A model generated the notes under the pieces. It was not told the origin of the DNA, did no database searches, and was given only the letters and a program-made list of their open reading frames with translations. Both the position numbers and the translations under genes were made by a program. This document shows, in pieces, positions 1 to 11,614 of a DNA stretch of 64,000 nt; the stretch's first letter is position 1; each line of letters begins with the position of its first letter. Source of the stretch: Oopsacas minuta. Lineage: Eukaryota; Animalia; Porifera. Location: contig JAKMXF010000221.1 in the NCBI GenBank assembly GCA_024704765.1, positions 635,763-699,762 of the forward strand, given 5' to 3'.

Positions 1-2273
1 ATGTCATTATTATCAGTACCATTGTTTAGTTCCAGTTTATAACTAGTATCAGGTGTTTTATCTTCCAGTGGAATTTTATGGTTTGTTAGCTTCAAACTTA
101 TTTCTGTTTGTTTAAAATCCAAATTGTTTTTAGAAAGCTCGGTTTTGATTGGAGGAGTCTGATATTGTATTTCTGAATTATTGAACATTCCTTGGTTGCT
201 AGGGAGCTGTTTCCTCTCATTGGTTAATAAGGCCCCAGTAGGAGGGCTTTGTAAGTTGATGTCTGATTGGTTAATTTCTGGTTTAGTTTGTAGCTTGTTT
301 ACAGCTGGTATTGATTCAAACGGGAAATGGTCCATTCTAAAACTAGAACTTTGGGCGGGTAATCTGTTATTCATTCTCTGATGTGAGTAAACAGGCGGGA
401 TTTGAGTATGCATACGAGCTTGTGAATATACTGCCTGGTTCCTGAACTCTTTCTTAGGAGATATATGAGTATTGGAACTAATCTGATTGGTGTAAATTTT
501 GGCGCGTGATTGCATCATATGTTGTAAATATTTTTGATAGTTATGCTGGAAATTAGCAATCTGTGTATGAGAGAGCTGTGAGATTACATGAGCAGGCAGT
601 AACAACTGTGCTAACGGGAAATTACTCTGTGATAGCAATATCTTATCGATGTTAATAATATCCTGGAGAATATCCAAGCTCTGTAGATTAAGGCAAAATA
701 AGGTGTTACTTTTGGGGAGTTTAGATAGTTCCTGAATCAGCTGTTGATTGAATCGCTCCTGATTTGAGATAATAGAACTTGGATCTTGGGGTAAGGTATG
801 TGTAGTTTCAATACCCTGGGGTAGTGGATCGATTGGAAGTATAGGCCCGATGGAATGGGGGATAGTTTCAATATCAGGTGTAGTTTCAATACTATGGGGT
901 AAAGATTCGATTTGAGGTATAGTTCCGTTATCATGTGGTATAGTTCCAATTTGAGTAGTCTCATTACTATGAGGTATGATGTCAATTGAATCTGTAGTAG
1001 TTTCAAGAATTGGGCTGGTGTCTGGAGGTGTGAAAACCTGATCCTCAATGGAACTATCGACAGGAGGGGATGTTTCCAATACGATGCTATACCGGTCTGG
1101 TATCTCAACATCCTCAATAAGACGGTCTATATTGTCCTCGTTTGGAGATGGGGACACTGATAGAAGGGGATTGAGGTCTGTAATGGAGGCTTTATCTCTG
1201 AGAGGAGAACTGTCAATACTATCTGTGGAACTGTTAAGATTTTCGTCCTCTAGGTCTGGGTCATATTCTTGGTTCTTGGTCCCATTCTCCTCCATAATTT
1301 GCCTCATGGCTATTTTCCCTATAACGGTTTCAACAGTAGGATACTTCTGGAAACGTTTTAGCATTCGTTTAATAGTCTCAACCGGTACACCATGAGAATT
1401 ATGTACATATAGTTGGTCTGGGTCATAGCGCCAAGGGGTCGATGGTTCCACAAACTCGATCCTGTATCCGTGACGTAGACCTGTCTCTACATAGGGACGC
1501 ATCTCCCAGAATGTCGTGTTTGTGTTGTCTATAACCACAGGACTGACTCCCTCTGAGATGGCCTCTCTCGCTCTCTCTTGGTTCCGTTTATGATACACTG
1601 CAACTTTCTTAGGATCAAACACGTATTCACCGTTTGACTGTATAAAGAAGTCATCTGTTGAAAATATTCTACCATTCCTTCCCTTCAATTCGGTTGCTAG
1701 GGTCGACTTTCCACTACCCGGACATCCTCTCATGATATAAAGCACTTGAGAATTCAACTCGGGTATTTTCTCAATTGTATCCTTGACAACGGGATGGTCA
1801 GAATGGAATGTAGGAATAGAATCAGTTTCAATATCAGTATACATTTCTTCTTTCTCACTCAACCAATCAATTTCATTCTTGCTACATTCTTTATTAGGCC
1901 TCTTAAAATCCCCGCCCATTTCTCTTAACCAATCAGAACTCTCGACAGCTTCCTGTGTTATAACTGTATGTGGATTATTCTGCATTCTTTCTAGACGAGA
2001 GAAGGGGAGTTCAACTTTACCAACGATACCAGCACCACGGCCTATACCCAATCGGGCCCTTGTACTGGGGACCACACCCTGGATCGGTTGAGGATGCTTC
2101 CCCTCCATATTGACTAGAAACGTGATTTCCTTGTCACCAATTTTGAGGATTTTCTTAGAAGGGCTAATAGATGGGTAACAAGTATTGGGCAGGGGTGGTG
2201 CCTGTTGGAGCCCCCGGACCACTTTAGGTGGCTCTTTAGGGGGCGGAGAACCTCGAGGTAAGGAGGGGTCCAT
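1..2273 (-). CDS. N4BP2: NEDD4-binding protein 2-like (P-loop polynucleotide-kinase/AAA_33 domain), long form; 3' end lies outside the window
   Basis: Read manually: ATG at 2273 (MDPSLPRGSPPPKEPP...) stays open to position 1, so it is absent from the ORF track. Contains VLYIMRGCPGSGKSTLA (Walker A), FSTDDFF and VVIDNTN, followed by a long low-complexity region. The C-terminal Smr domain would be outside the window and was not seen. Confidence 0.8.
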   Translation of the reverse strand, partial: MDPSLPRGSPPPKEPPKVVRGLQQAPPLPNTCYPSISPSKKILKIGDKEITFLVNMEGKHPQPIQGVVPSTRARLGIGRGAGIVGKVELPFSRLERMQNNPHTVITQEAVESSDWLREMGGDFKRPNKECSKNEIDWLSEKEEMYTDIETDSIPTFHSDHPVVKDTIEKIPELNSQVLYIMRGCPGSGKSTLATELKGRNGRIFSTDDFFIQSNGEYVFDPKKVAVYHKRNQERAREAISEGVSPVVIDNTNTTFWEMRPYVETGLRHGYRIEFVEPSTPWRYDPDQLYVHNSHGVPVETIKRMLKRFQKYPTVETVIGKIAMRQIMEENGTKNQEYDPDLEDENLNSSTDSIDSSPLRDKASITDLNPLLSVSPSPNEDNIDRLIEDVEIPDRYSIVLETSPPVDSSIEDQVFTPPDTSPILETTTDSIDIIPHSNETTQIGTIPHDNGTIPQIESLPHSIETTPDIETIPHSIGPILPIDPLPQGIETTHTLPQDPSSIISNQERFNQQLIQELSKLPKSNTLFCLNLQSLDILQDIINIDKILLSQSNFPLAQLLLPAHVISQLSHTQIANFQHNYQKYLQHMMQSRAKIYTNQISSNTHISPKKEFRNQAVYSQARMHTQIPPVYSHQRMNNRLPAQSSSFRMDHFPFESIPAVNKLQTKPEINQSDINLQSPPTGALLTNERKQLPSNQGMFNNSEIQYQTPPIKTELSKNNLDFKQTEISLKLTNHKIPLEDKTPDTSYKLELNNGTDNND

Positions 2274-2865
2274 TATCAGTAATTAAAAATAATACAATAC
2301 AACGATATATGAGATAAGTTTTCAAGAGGTGTTTCCGCTTGAATAAAAATCAAACATTAAAAATGACCCAGTATAGCATGTTACCAGACAATAGGACAGG
2401 AGCTAAAGTGATGTATAAAAGGTGTTAAGGTTATTCATATAAACAGAGGGGGGTTCCCAACCTTGTAGGCCTTTAGCTCTCAGTTTGGGAACAGCTTTTA
2501 TATAGACTATATCAAATCTTAATGTGTTACTATATTACAGTAATACATACATATTTAGGATAACTTTCTAATTAACCAATCAAATTGCAGTGAAATGGAG
2601 CTAATAATCTGGCGCCTATTTTACCTGAAGTAAAAAGAGCTTTGAAATAATCATATTTTTGGGTACATATTAATTTACAAAATAATTCATATTACTTATT
2701 TGATAAAGTACGTTGCCATGGTGATCTTAAGGAGTGTTATATGATACCTAGGGTCACAGGAGGTCGCCCAATGATACACGCCAATGAGCGATGGATCAAA
2801 TTTTATTTATGAAATAAGAAAAATGCATTTAACTCGCTTCATAACAATTCGGCTAAAACATAGCG

Positions 2866-2962
2866 TATGCTAGATGTAAGCCGATCCTCTGGATGACAGT
2901 TCTCGCATATTCCTGTATATTATACCGGTTGTAAGCACCATCCTCTGGAAAACGGTTCTCAT
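2866..2962. mobile_element. MITE family 1, partial copy with an internally repeated subunit
   Basis: ATCCTCTGGA...GTTCTC occurs twice; the reverse complement aligns with 52185..52253. Confidence 0.6.
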
Positions 2963-3409
2963 ATATAAAAAAATTCGTCACCTTTTCTCAGAGGTGTGTT
3001 AATGTAATTATGATACTCCTACCTGTCAGTTTGGACAGTTACTTGTTGTTTGGTTCCAGTTTCAACTTTATATAGCTTCACACCAAACAGCTACGCGGGA
3101 CACAATACATATACATACAGGGCAATTAGTAAACAAATAATCAAAATATAAACAAACAAGCAAATATAAAATCAAATAACAAACATGATGAAGTAATAAT
3201 AACAATAATTATCCTCAAATATAACTCACAGGTTCTTTTGTAATATTTTGAGTTTGAGAGCTACATTGATATCCCTGGTTTTTTTACTAAAGATTTTTCA
3301 ATCAAAACTAGCAAATCAATGAATGAAATATCAAAAATATCGCCAGATGGTTTCGATTTTATTTCATTGGTCTCTTCAGGGACATTTGTGTACTCCAGGG
3401 GAACATTAG

Positions 3410-4102
3410 TCAAAGGGACGGGGCGTCAATTTTGGGGGTTTCTTGGGGTGCTAATCCTTGAACCGAATGGTCGTTTGCTGGTGTCAAAATATTAAATGAA
3501 TTAGAAATAGGAACTGTATAATTTGGTATACATTCCTCACTGGTTGCTAGGCTATGCCTAATATCTGAGATATCAGAATTATCAAATTTTGGCGCCTCTT
3601 TTATTAACACCTGGCAATCATTACTTGATTTACCCGTGCGTTTACTCATAATTTTTTCAACAGTAGGATACTTCTGGAAACGTTTTAGCATTCGTTTAAT
3701 AGTCTCAACCGGTACACCATGAGAATTATGTACATATAGTTGGTCTGGGTCATAGCGCCAAGGGGTCGATGGTTCCACAAACTCGATCCTGTATCCGTGA
3801 CGTAGACCTGTCTCTACATAGGGACGCATCTCCCAGAATGTCGTGTTTGTGTTGTCTATAACCACAGGACTGACTCCCTCTGAGATGGCCTCTCTCGCTC
3901 TCTCTTGGTTCCGTTTATGATACACTGCAACTTTCTTAGGATCAAACACGTATTCACCGTTTGACTGTATAAAGAAGTTATCTGTTGAAAATATTCTACC
4001 ATTACTTCCCTTCAATTCGGTTGCTAGGGTCGACTTTCCACTACCCGGACATCCTCTCATGATATAAAGCACGCTACCACCTGTCTCATACAAACTAGCC
4101 AT
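3410..4102 (-). CDS. Short N4BP2-like (N4BP2L1/2-type) kinase-domain-only paralog, 230 aa
   Basis: Intact ORF with GCPGSGKST, STDNFF and VIDNTN; 3656..4072 is a near-identical copy of 1329..1745. Confidence 0.8.
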   Translation of the reverse strand: MASLYETGGSVLYIMRGCPGSGKSTLATELKGSNGRIFSTDNFFIQSNGEYVFDPKKVAVYHKRNQERAREAISEGVSPVVIDNTNTTFWEMRPYVETGLRHGYRIEFVEPSTPWRYDPDQLYVHNSHGVPVETIKRMLKRFQKYPTVEKIMSKRTGKSSNDCQVLIKEAPKFDNSDISDIRHSLATSEECIPNYTVPISNSFNILTPANDHSVQGLAPQETPKIDAPSL

Positions 4103-4283
4103 CTTAAATATGAACCAATCAAATTAACGTCTGTACTATCAATGAATTCCAGAGATAACTGGCCAATGGGATTACAGACTGGTCAGTAGGCATAACAAAT
4201 CAAAATAACAATAAATCTGAATTCATAGCTAATGCCAATTGAGTAATGCATGATTATACAAATTGCAATAATAACAACAAACT

Positions 4284-5051
4284 TTATGAATTTCTATAAA
4301 TAAATGAGTACAATGCAAATCCAATGAACACTATCCCGCCTATTATTGTGACTGTCCGTGTGGATATTTTCTCAGACAAGAATTTGCCCCCGAGTACGGC
4401 TAGTCCTGTGCATATACTGTGGCCCAATATGCCTCCCATTGTTATACCAAATGGTTCCTCTCTGGCAGCTAACACTATGGTAGTTAATTGACTCCTATCC
4501 CCCCATTCCGCTAGGAATGTTAATGTGAAAGCTTGTAAGAAAACAGGGGAAATCCAGCGTCTCAGAAAAATTCGTCCATTCGTGATCCGATTCCCTCCGT
4601 TCTCTGCCTCATCCTCCCCGGTCTCCCCCTTACTGACCTCTTGTTTCACCTCTTCGAACTCTTCTTGTTCGCACCCCTCCTTCATGCGACACCCATCATA
4701 CACCATTTTACCGCCAAATACTAACAGGAGTACACTAGCTATCGTCTGAGTCAAATACCGAGGAATTAGCTTAGCACTCATACCAACTAGAACTGAGAAT
4801 GTATGCATAAGTCCCAAAGCAAAAATAGATCCGAGGAATACGATCATTCGCGGCCGCCGCATAGCTAGAATAGCTGCGATAAAAAACGTTTTATCACCCA
4901 ATTCTGAAACTACAATGAAAAGGAACGAAACAGCAAATGCATGTACGAATCTAGTAATGAAGTCTGCTGAGTGATAAATTGATTGGTTAGGAATGTGGTC
5001 TTGCAGATCAGCCAGAGGATCCATACTGCTAATAAGAGACAAATTATACAT
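4284..5051 (-). CDS. TMEM165: GDT1/TMEM165 family Golgi Ca2+/Mn2+ transporter
   Basis: Two UPF0016 motifs (SELGDKT and AEWGDRSQ) separated by an acidic loop; intronless. Confidence 0.95.
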   Translation of the reverse strand: MYNLSLISSMDPLADLQDHIPNQSIYHSADFITRFVHAFAVSFLFIVVSELGDKTFFIAAILAMRRPRMIVFLGSIFALGLMHTFSVLVGMSAKLIPRYLTQTIASVLLLVFGGKMVYDGCRMKEGCEQEEFEEVKQEVSKGETGEDEAENGGNRITNGRIFLRRWISPVFLQAFTLTFLAEWGDRSQLTTIVLAAREEPFGITMGGILGHSICTGLAVLGGKFLSEKISTRTVTIIGGIVFIGFALYSFIYRNS

Positions 5052-5676
5052 AAAATTTAGTACCTTAGACCCCTTCCTCTTGTATACTACCTTTGAATAG
5101 AGCTACACATGAATATTTACAAACCAACCAATAAACATACATTCTAATTTAACAATGAATTCCACATGTATCCGATATAACTGATTGGCTGAAGGAATAA
5201 GAGGGAAATATAGTATGCTTATATACAGAATTATCTCATAGTTTGTATTTTCAATTTAGGGAATTTTGTTTTTTGTTTTTAACAACTTAAAGGGTAAGTT
5301 TTCGTGACTGGTTTGAAAATATATTTAGTCAGACCGTATATGAAATTATGAAATATGAAATTATGAAATATTTAATTATGATAAGTTTGAAAATGATTGT
5401 TAGATATTTTCGTGGTTCACCAGTGATCCCTGCATGGCATTTATAGGAGTAAATAATCGCCTGGAATTGATACTTATGGATGTAAAACTTTGAAATCAGG
5501 GAAATTATTGTAAGGGATTGGCAAGTATCATGGGTCCAATCTTTTTAAAATTATACGAAAAAACCTCAAATCACCGTCTGTGCCGACTTAAATTTTACCA
5601 AATGAATTTTAGTGGATTATAGAGACTATATTATTCTACTAAAAATATGTATACCACCGTACTATGATTAAAATAT

Positions 5677-6795
5677 CTAGAAACAACTTGTTTTGTTAAC
5701 ACAAGCTGGTCCTCTTTCATCATATTCTTGTTTAACTATCCAGTGAGAATGGAAAGAACTGAGCGATGCTAGAATTGAACCACCAATCCATGTGGAATAT
5801 TGCCTCTCGGGTGGAGCTATTACCTTAACAATAATACTCCAAGGGGCTAGAGCCCCTATTTCTTTCTGTATACGATCTTGAAATCCTGGGAACATCGTGC
5901 TACCGCCTGATAGGAGAATGTTTGCGTAGAGATCTTTCCTCACATCTATATCACAAGCGGTTATAGCGTTGTAAACAAACTTGTGTACTCCTTCCATTTC
6001 CCTATCTAGCAAGGAGGGACGGAAAAGTGTTTCTGTACACCGGAACCTTTCATCCCCCATCGTGAATACCTGACCGTCTGGGAGTTCATACACTCTCTCG
6101 ATATCAGAGCATGAGTTAGCCATTATCATTTCTTGGTCAAAATCGGTAGCCACATACCCCAATTTCTCCTTCAAGTCCCGGATGATTTCCCGTTCAGCAC
6201 TTGTAGTGAATGAATATCCTCGTTCAGTTAAGATATTCATTAAGTATTCGTTTAAGTCAGATCCAGCGAGCTCTTTCCGTTGTATTGCATTCGAAAATGT
6301 GTACCCTTGATAAATGGGAAGTGTATGACTTACTCCCTCCCCAATGTCTAGCACCATGGCAGAACTTCTGCCTGAAGCGTAAACAGCGAGGACTCCTGGT
6401 ATTTGAAAGTATGTACACGGGCAATTGAAAGTTTCAAACATTATTTGCATCATTTTTTCCCGATTCGCTTTGGGGTTCATTGGTTGTTCAGTGAGAAGGA
6501 CAGCATGATCCTCTGGAGCGACACACAGTTCATTATAGAAAGTATGATGCCAAATCTTTTCCATATCATCAAAGTTTGTAACTATTCCTCGTTGCATTGG
6601 ATAGGTTAGTGAGAGGATACCGCGTTTTACTTGTGCCTCATCTCCAACATAGCTTGATTTTTTTCCCATACCAACTAATGAAGCTTCAAGGTATGGATTT
6701 CCGACCATGGATGGAAATACAGCTCGTGGCGCGTCATCTCCTGCAAATCCTGCCTTACACATGGCAGTACCATTGTCGATAACCAAAGCCTGCAT
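5677..6795 (-). CDS. Divergent actin / actin-like protein, 372 aa, intronless
   Basis: Colinear with conventional actin ([49 protein letters not shown]-terminal CF) with many substitutions. Confidence 0.92.
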   Translation of the reverse strand: MQALVIDNGTAMCKAGFAGDDAPRAVFPSMVGNPYLEASLVGMGKKSSYVGDEAQVKRGILSLTYPMQRGIVTNFDDMEKIWHHTFYNELCVAPEDHAVLLTEQPMNPKANREKMMQIMFETFNCPCTYFQIPGVLAVYASGRSSAMVLDIGEGVSHTLPIYQGYTFSNAIQRKELAGSDLNEYLMNILTERGYSFTTSAEREIIRDLKEKLGYVATDFDQEMIMANSCSDIERVYELPDGQVFTMGDERFRCTETLFRPSLLDREMEGVHKFVYNAITACDIDVRKDLYANILLSGGSTMFPGFQDRIQKEIGALAPWSIIVKVIAPPERQYSTWIGGSILASLSSFHSHWIVKQEYDERGPACVNKTSCF

Positions 6796-6927
6796 TTTAG
6801 CCCAAATTTAGAAAATATATATTCTAAGAAACTACCAAAAAAACTTTCATTGTATGATATTGTAATAGAAAATTAACTTTACATTAACAATTATTAGAAC
6901 AGTAAGTTTTTATGAATTATAATAAAC

Positions 6928-7284
6928 AAGGTAAGTAAGATAAGATAAGTAAGATGATAAGTAAGTAAGATAAGGTAAGTAAGATAAGGTAAGTAAGATG
7001 ATAAGTAAGTAAGATAAGGTAAGTAAGATAAGGTAAGTAAGATGATAAGTAAGTAAGATAAGGTAAGTAAGATAAGGTAAGTAAGATAAGGTAAGTAAGA
7101 TAAGGTAAGTAAGATGAGGTAAGTAAGATAAGGTAAGTAAGATGATAAGTAAGTAAGATAAGGTAAGTGAGATAAGGTAAGTAAGATAAGGTAAGTAAGA
7201 TGATAAGTAAGTAAGATAAGGTAAGTGAGATAAGGTAAGTAAGATGATAAGTAAGTAAGATAAGGTAAGTGAGATAAGGTAAGT
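6928..7284 (+). repeat. Minisatellite of about 25 units of GTAAGTAAGATAAG / GTAAGTAAGATGATAA
   Basis: Directly visible tandem array between the bHLH-PAS stop codon and the actin start. Confidence 0.95.
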
Positions 7285-7376
7285 GCTATATATTATGAGT
7301 CCAGATTAAGGTTCAGTGGACAATCTACTTAAGCAAACTAGTTGAAAGAACTGGAGTCAAAGTATGACGGATCATT

Positions 7377-8792
7377 TTAAAAATCATAATTCTCTGGTTT
7401 TTGATTGTAGAGATGATAACAGAATTTTTGATTTTCTGGTTCTGACTTCTGACTGAACTCTGGTACAATGCTTGAATTGTCTACACGATTTAGGACACCA
7501 GTTGCTGCAAATTGATATTCCTGTAGTGAAGAAGTTGGGACATATGCAGAAATCAATTGCGGGTTTTCACAGTGAACAATTGGACCACTGTGTTTAAAAC
7601 AGGCAGCTTCCATCAAATGGTCAGCGAAATAATTATGACCTCTTCTCAGATAGAAATCTTGTCCAGCTGCAATATCGAATATAGGATTATTTATTCGCTC
7701 TGATGTATCCATTGCATTTAAATAGGATGGTATAGATACATTTTGATCATCATGCTTTGAATATCCTTGAGAGGATACTGTATCTGGAGATATTCCTTGA
7801 AAATATATTTTATTTGGAGATATTCCTTGGAAGGATACTGTATTTGGTGATATTCCTTGGAAGGATACTGTATTTGGTGATATTCCTTGAAAGGATACTG
7901 TATTTGGAGTAATTCGTCGTTGTTTTACCTGTTGGGCAAGTACAGACGGTTTTTGATCTAATAGAGTGGGGAGTATCTGATATTTATGATTGTGTGCTAA
8001 TGATATGGGAATCATTGCTTGTTGGTGTGCTGTTGGTATATGAGTCATTGCTCGTGTATGTGCTGTTGGTATATGAGTCATTGCTTGTGTATGTGCTGTT
8101 GGTATATGAGTCATTGCTTGTGTATGTGCTGTTGGTATATGAGTCATTGCTTGTGTATGTGCTGATGGTATAGGAATCATTGCTTGTGTATGTGCTGATG
8201 GTATAGGAATCATTGCTTGTTGGTGTGCTGATGGTATATGAACTACTGCTGACTGTTGATGTGTTTGTGTTAACGGAGTACTGGATAGTCCTTTTTGTTG
8301 TGCAGCAAGCTGAAAGGGTTGAATAAAATTGTTCTGAGTACATGTGGATACTACTTTAGGTAAGATGGCGGGTTCCTGAAGCTGATAGAGAGAGATTGGT
8401 GCTGGTGGAATAATAACTCTTTGTTCTATGAAGGATTGTTGAGGAGGTAAAATAACATTATGAGTTGACGATTTAGGGATAACTACGTTCTGCTTGGGAA
8501 AAGCTCCCTGATGAGTACATGAAGGTTGTGATGACGGTGTGTTTATAGGAATAATGACATTTTGTTGTACACATGTCTCAGCTGGATTGTTGTTTAGTTC
8601 TTTTTGAGAAAATAGGGCAAATACCGGTGGAGCAATGTTTACCTCTTGTTTGAGATTTGTCTCGTGAAGAGGTAGCCCTTCTTGGAGGTGGGAAGCTAAT
8701 TGTGGAATCGTATATACGGAAGGGATTGCCACTTCTTGTTCGATATGTGTAGTCAAGATGTTGGATCGGGGAATTGCAGCATTTGAATCAAG

Positions 8793-8848
<56 letters not shown>

Positions 8849-11576
8849 GAGGGGGTTGGAGTTGATATGATTTCAACTCTTGTGTCGTATTAGCAGGCAG
8901 TTTATCTTGTCGATGTGAAGCAAAATCTGTTGGAATAACGATAGCTGATTCCGATTGTGGATATTCGTATCTTGGTATTGCATGTTGAACGTTTTCGGGT
9001 ATATAGGGGCTGATAGGGATATTAGTTGTATTGTATGCAACTAAGTCATTCAGTGGGTAACTATCTGGACCTATAGGAATTTGTGGTTGTATTACTTGAT
9101 CCATTGGAATTGTTGATTGATTTTGGAAACTTGGAATTTCGGGATGATGGAGATGATCTTGGATACTAAAATTTGAGATTTCCAATGGATGGCTATTAGG
9201 GATAGATCCTGTGGTATATTCTAATGCAGGTGCATTTGATGAACAGTTATTCGTTGGTGGATACTCCCCTTTCTCTCCTAATACATGGGCAATTACTATT
9301 ATGAGTTTACCTTTTTCTTCCAATTCAATTTCTGGTGAGTCGTAAAATGCTGTGCTAGACCGAAGCCATACCCAACCAGTTTTAGATTTGCTCAAATACT
9401 CACAAGTTTGTGCTTCTCCTTTCTCACACAAAACTGCACATGCTGGTGTCATGGTATTTATGAAATCTTGATGTATAAAACTCAAAGCTGATTGTCCTTG
9501 GACTTCGTCCTGTTCAAAGCCAACGTATCTATGTGCTCGGTGATCTTGATAGAGAATTTCTAGCGTGTCAATACTAAGAAGCGTGACAAATATATGATCA
9601 GTCAAGGGTCGATCCATCCACTCGTCAACAAAAGCAAGACTACATAGTATATGTACCAGTCCATCACTAGCATCGATGGTCCCCTGTAAATTGTATACCC
9701 GGTAGCCAGAGGTCATGGTAATTATATTTCGTGATCTCCTGGTGGGAAAACGCAACCTGCAATAGTGTAAGAAATTCTTTAATTTCTTGCTTCTAAAATT
9801 TTCCAAAGTTTCACTCAGTTGAATCAGATCATCATGGTAAGCTAGTTTGCTGAAAGGTTGTCCAATCAATTTGTAGCTTAGCGAGCCGATGAATTTGTGT
9901 GAATTTGTACTGAGGTAACATATCGTCAAATGCTGGTCCAATACTATATGGAAATTCCCGAGGAGATCCAGGAAGCTCTTGTCCGATTCTTGTGACGCAT
10001 TAAGCACTGACTATAGAGAGAATTAAAATAATAAAATTATTCTAGTACATAATGGCGATATTATTAGTGCATATTTCCAGTAATTCACGTAACGAAAGGC
10101 TTTCATGATGTATGAAAATGTAGATACTTTAAAAGTTCTATTTTTGGATAAAAGACATTTTCAGAATGGAGATAGTCATGTAATGACTACAACCTTTGAT
10201 TAACTCAATATCCATAAATATTAATAAAATAAACACAATGAATAAATAATAAATTGAAGTATAATATTGTTGGTAAAGTCTGTACGAGTTAAAGTCATTA
10301 AATAAATAAAATTGGAACCAATTGAATAATTAACACAATTATTTATTATAATCTGTGTTGCTAGCTTGCGCTGTGCGGTTTGAGCAGAAATGAATGTCCA
10401 TTTTCTTCAATCAACTTAGAAAAATCAAAACAGTTTTTATAGAAAATGTGTAATTTTTATTCAAATAATTTTACCAAAATATACTTTAATCATAATTCAG
10501 TTCGTTCTCTCTAATTGTCCATTTGTTTATACACAAAAATTTTGTAATCGTTATTCACCTCGAATTCTCTAATCGTGCGCATTCTCTAATTGTCTGCTTG
10601 CCAACTGGTAGACATTAGTGAAGACTCAGAGTATTTGTGAAATTTCTGGCAATATTTTTAGAAAATTTCAAATGAACGAATCCTGCCAAAAATATGAAAA
10701 AGTATTTTAGAATTTATTGATGGCAATTGTGACACAATTTACAGCTGTCTTTCTTGAATTTATTACTTATAACAAATGATTATTTTAAAATCGCGATTAA
10801 TCAGCTGTATAATAATATTCGATAATTTAATTATAAATGCTCTCCCCATGGTATCAAAAATAATTGTCAGTCATTGCTAAAATTATTAAACGCTCTACTC
10901 ACGGGAATTTATTCACTAAAATGCTATTTTTTGCTTTGTTATTCAGTTTCATAATTATTCGTTAGTTGTGTGAATTCGTTCCAATTCATTAGTTGCAATT
11001 ACTTTGTTCTTTACTTAATTCTGGGAACTTATTTGGAACTTTTGAGTTTGACATCAATTAGCTTATAATAATAATGACGATGATAATAATAATAATAATA
11101 ATAGTAATAATAATAATAATAATAATAATAGTAGTATACAACAAATCTTTACGATTCAAGAACCTTTCTACGAAACTATTAGTCAACCACCTGACGAAGA
11201 ACCCGATAATACACAAGATGTCACAATCAATACCACAATTACAACAGATTTAGAATATACTAGTTCAGAAAATTCAAATGATCATCTCTAAACCAAACAT
11301 GATTACATAGCCTGTCAGCAATCAACACTTTCAGAAACCACCATTGCTCAAATCCACTTTATATAGTAACTCCCATAAATAATATTAGTAAGCCCAGATA
11401 CGATTTATCATCTTTTGTTACTCAGAAATCTAGAATGTTCCTTCAAACCTTAGACTAGCAGCAATCAGTTATATTTAGTACTATAGTTGTGTTTGTACTG
11501 ATGAGCTGGATAAATAGCCGGCGAAACAAATTATGTTATTGTCTACTACTATTAAATCTACATATACTCTTTAGTT

Positions 11577-11614
<38 letters not shown>

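Noticed and set aside
737-2091. Several short ORFs listed in the track (737..1117, 1048..1395, 1746..1928, 1783..2091)
   Set aside because: They are alternative-frame or antisense shadows of the long N4BP2-like ORF that runs off the window edge.
2712-2725. RFX X-box-like GTTGCCATGGTGAT, with similar half-sites elsewhere
   Set aside because: Similar strings also occur in coding and intronic positions; enrichment cannot be shown without statistics.
11140-11291. ~50-codon open stretch in the bHLH-PAS intron (possible third nested gene or retroelement remnant)
   Set aside because: No start codon, no convincing splice sites and no recognisable homology.
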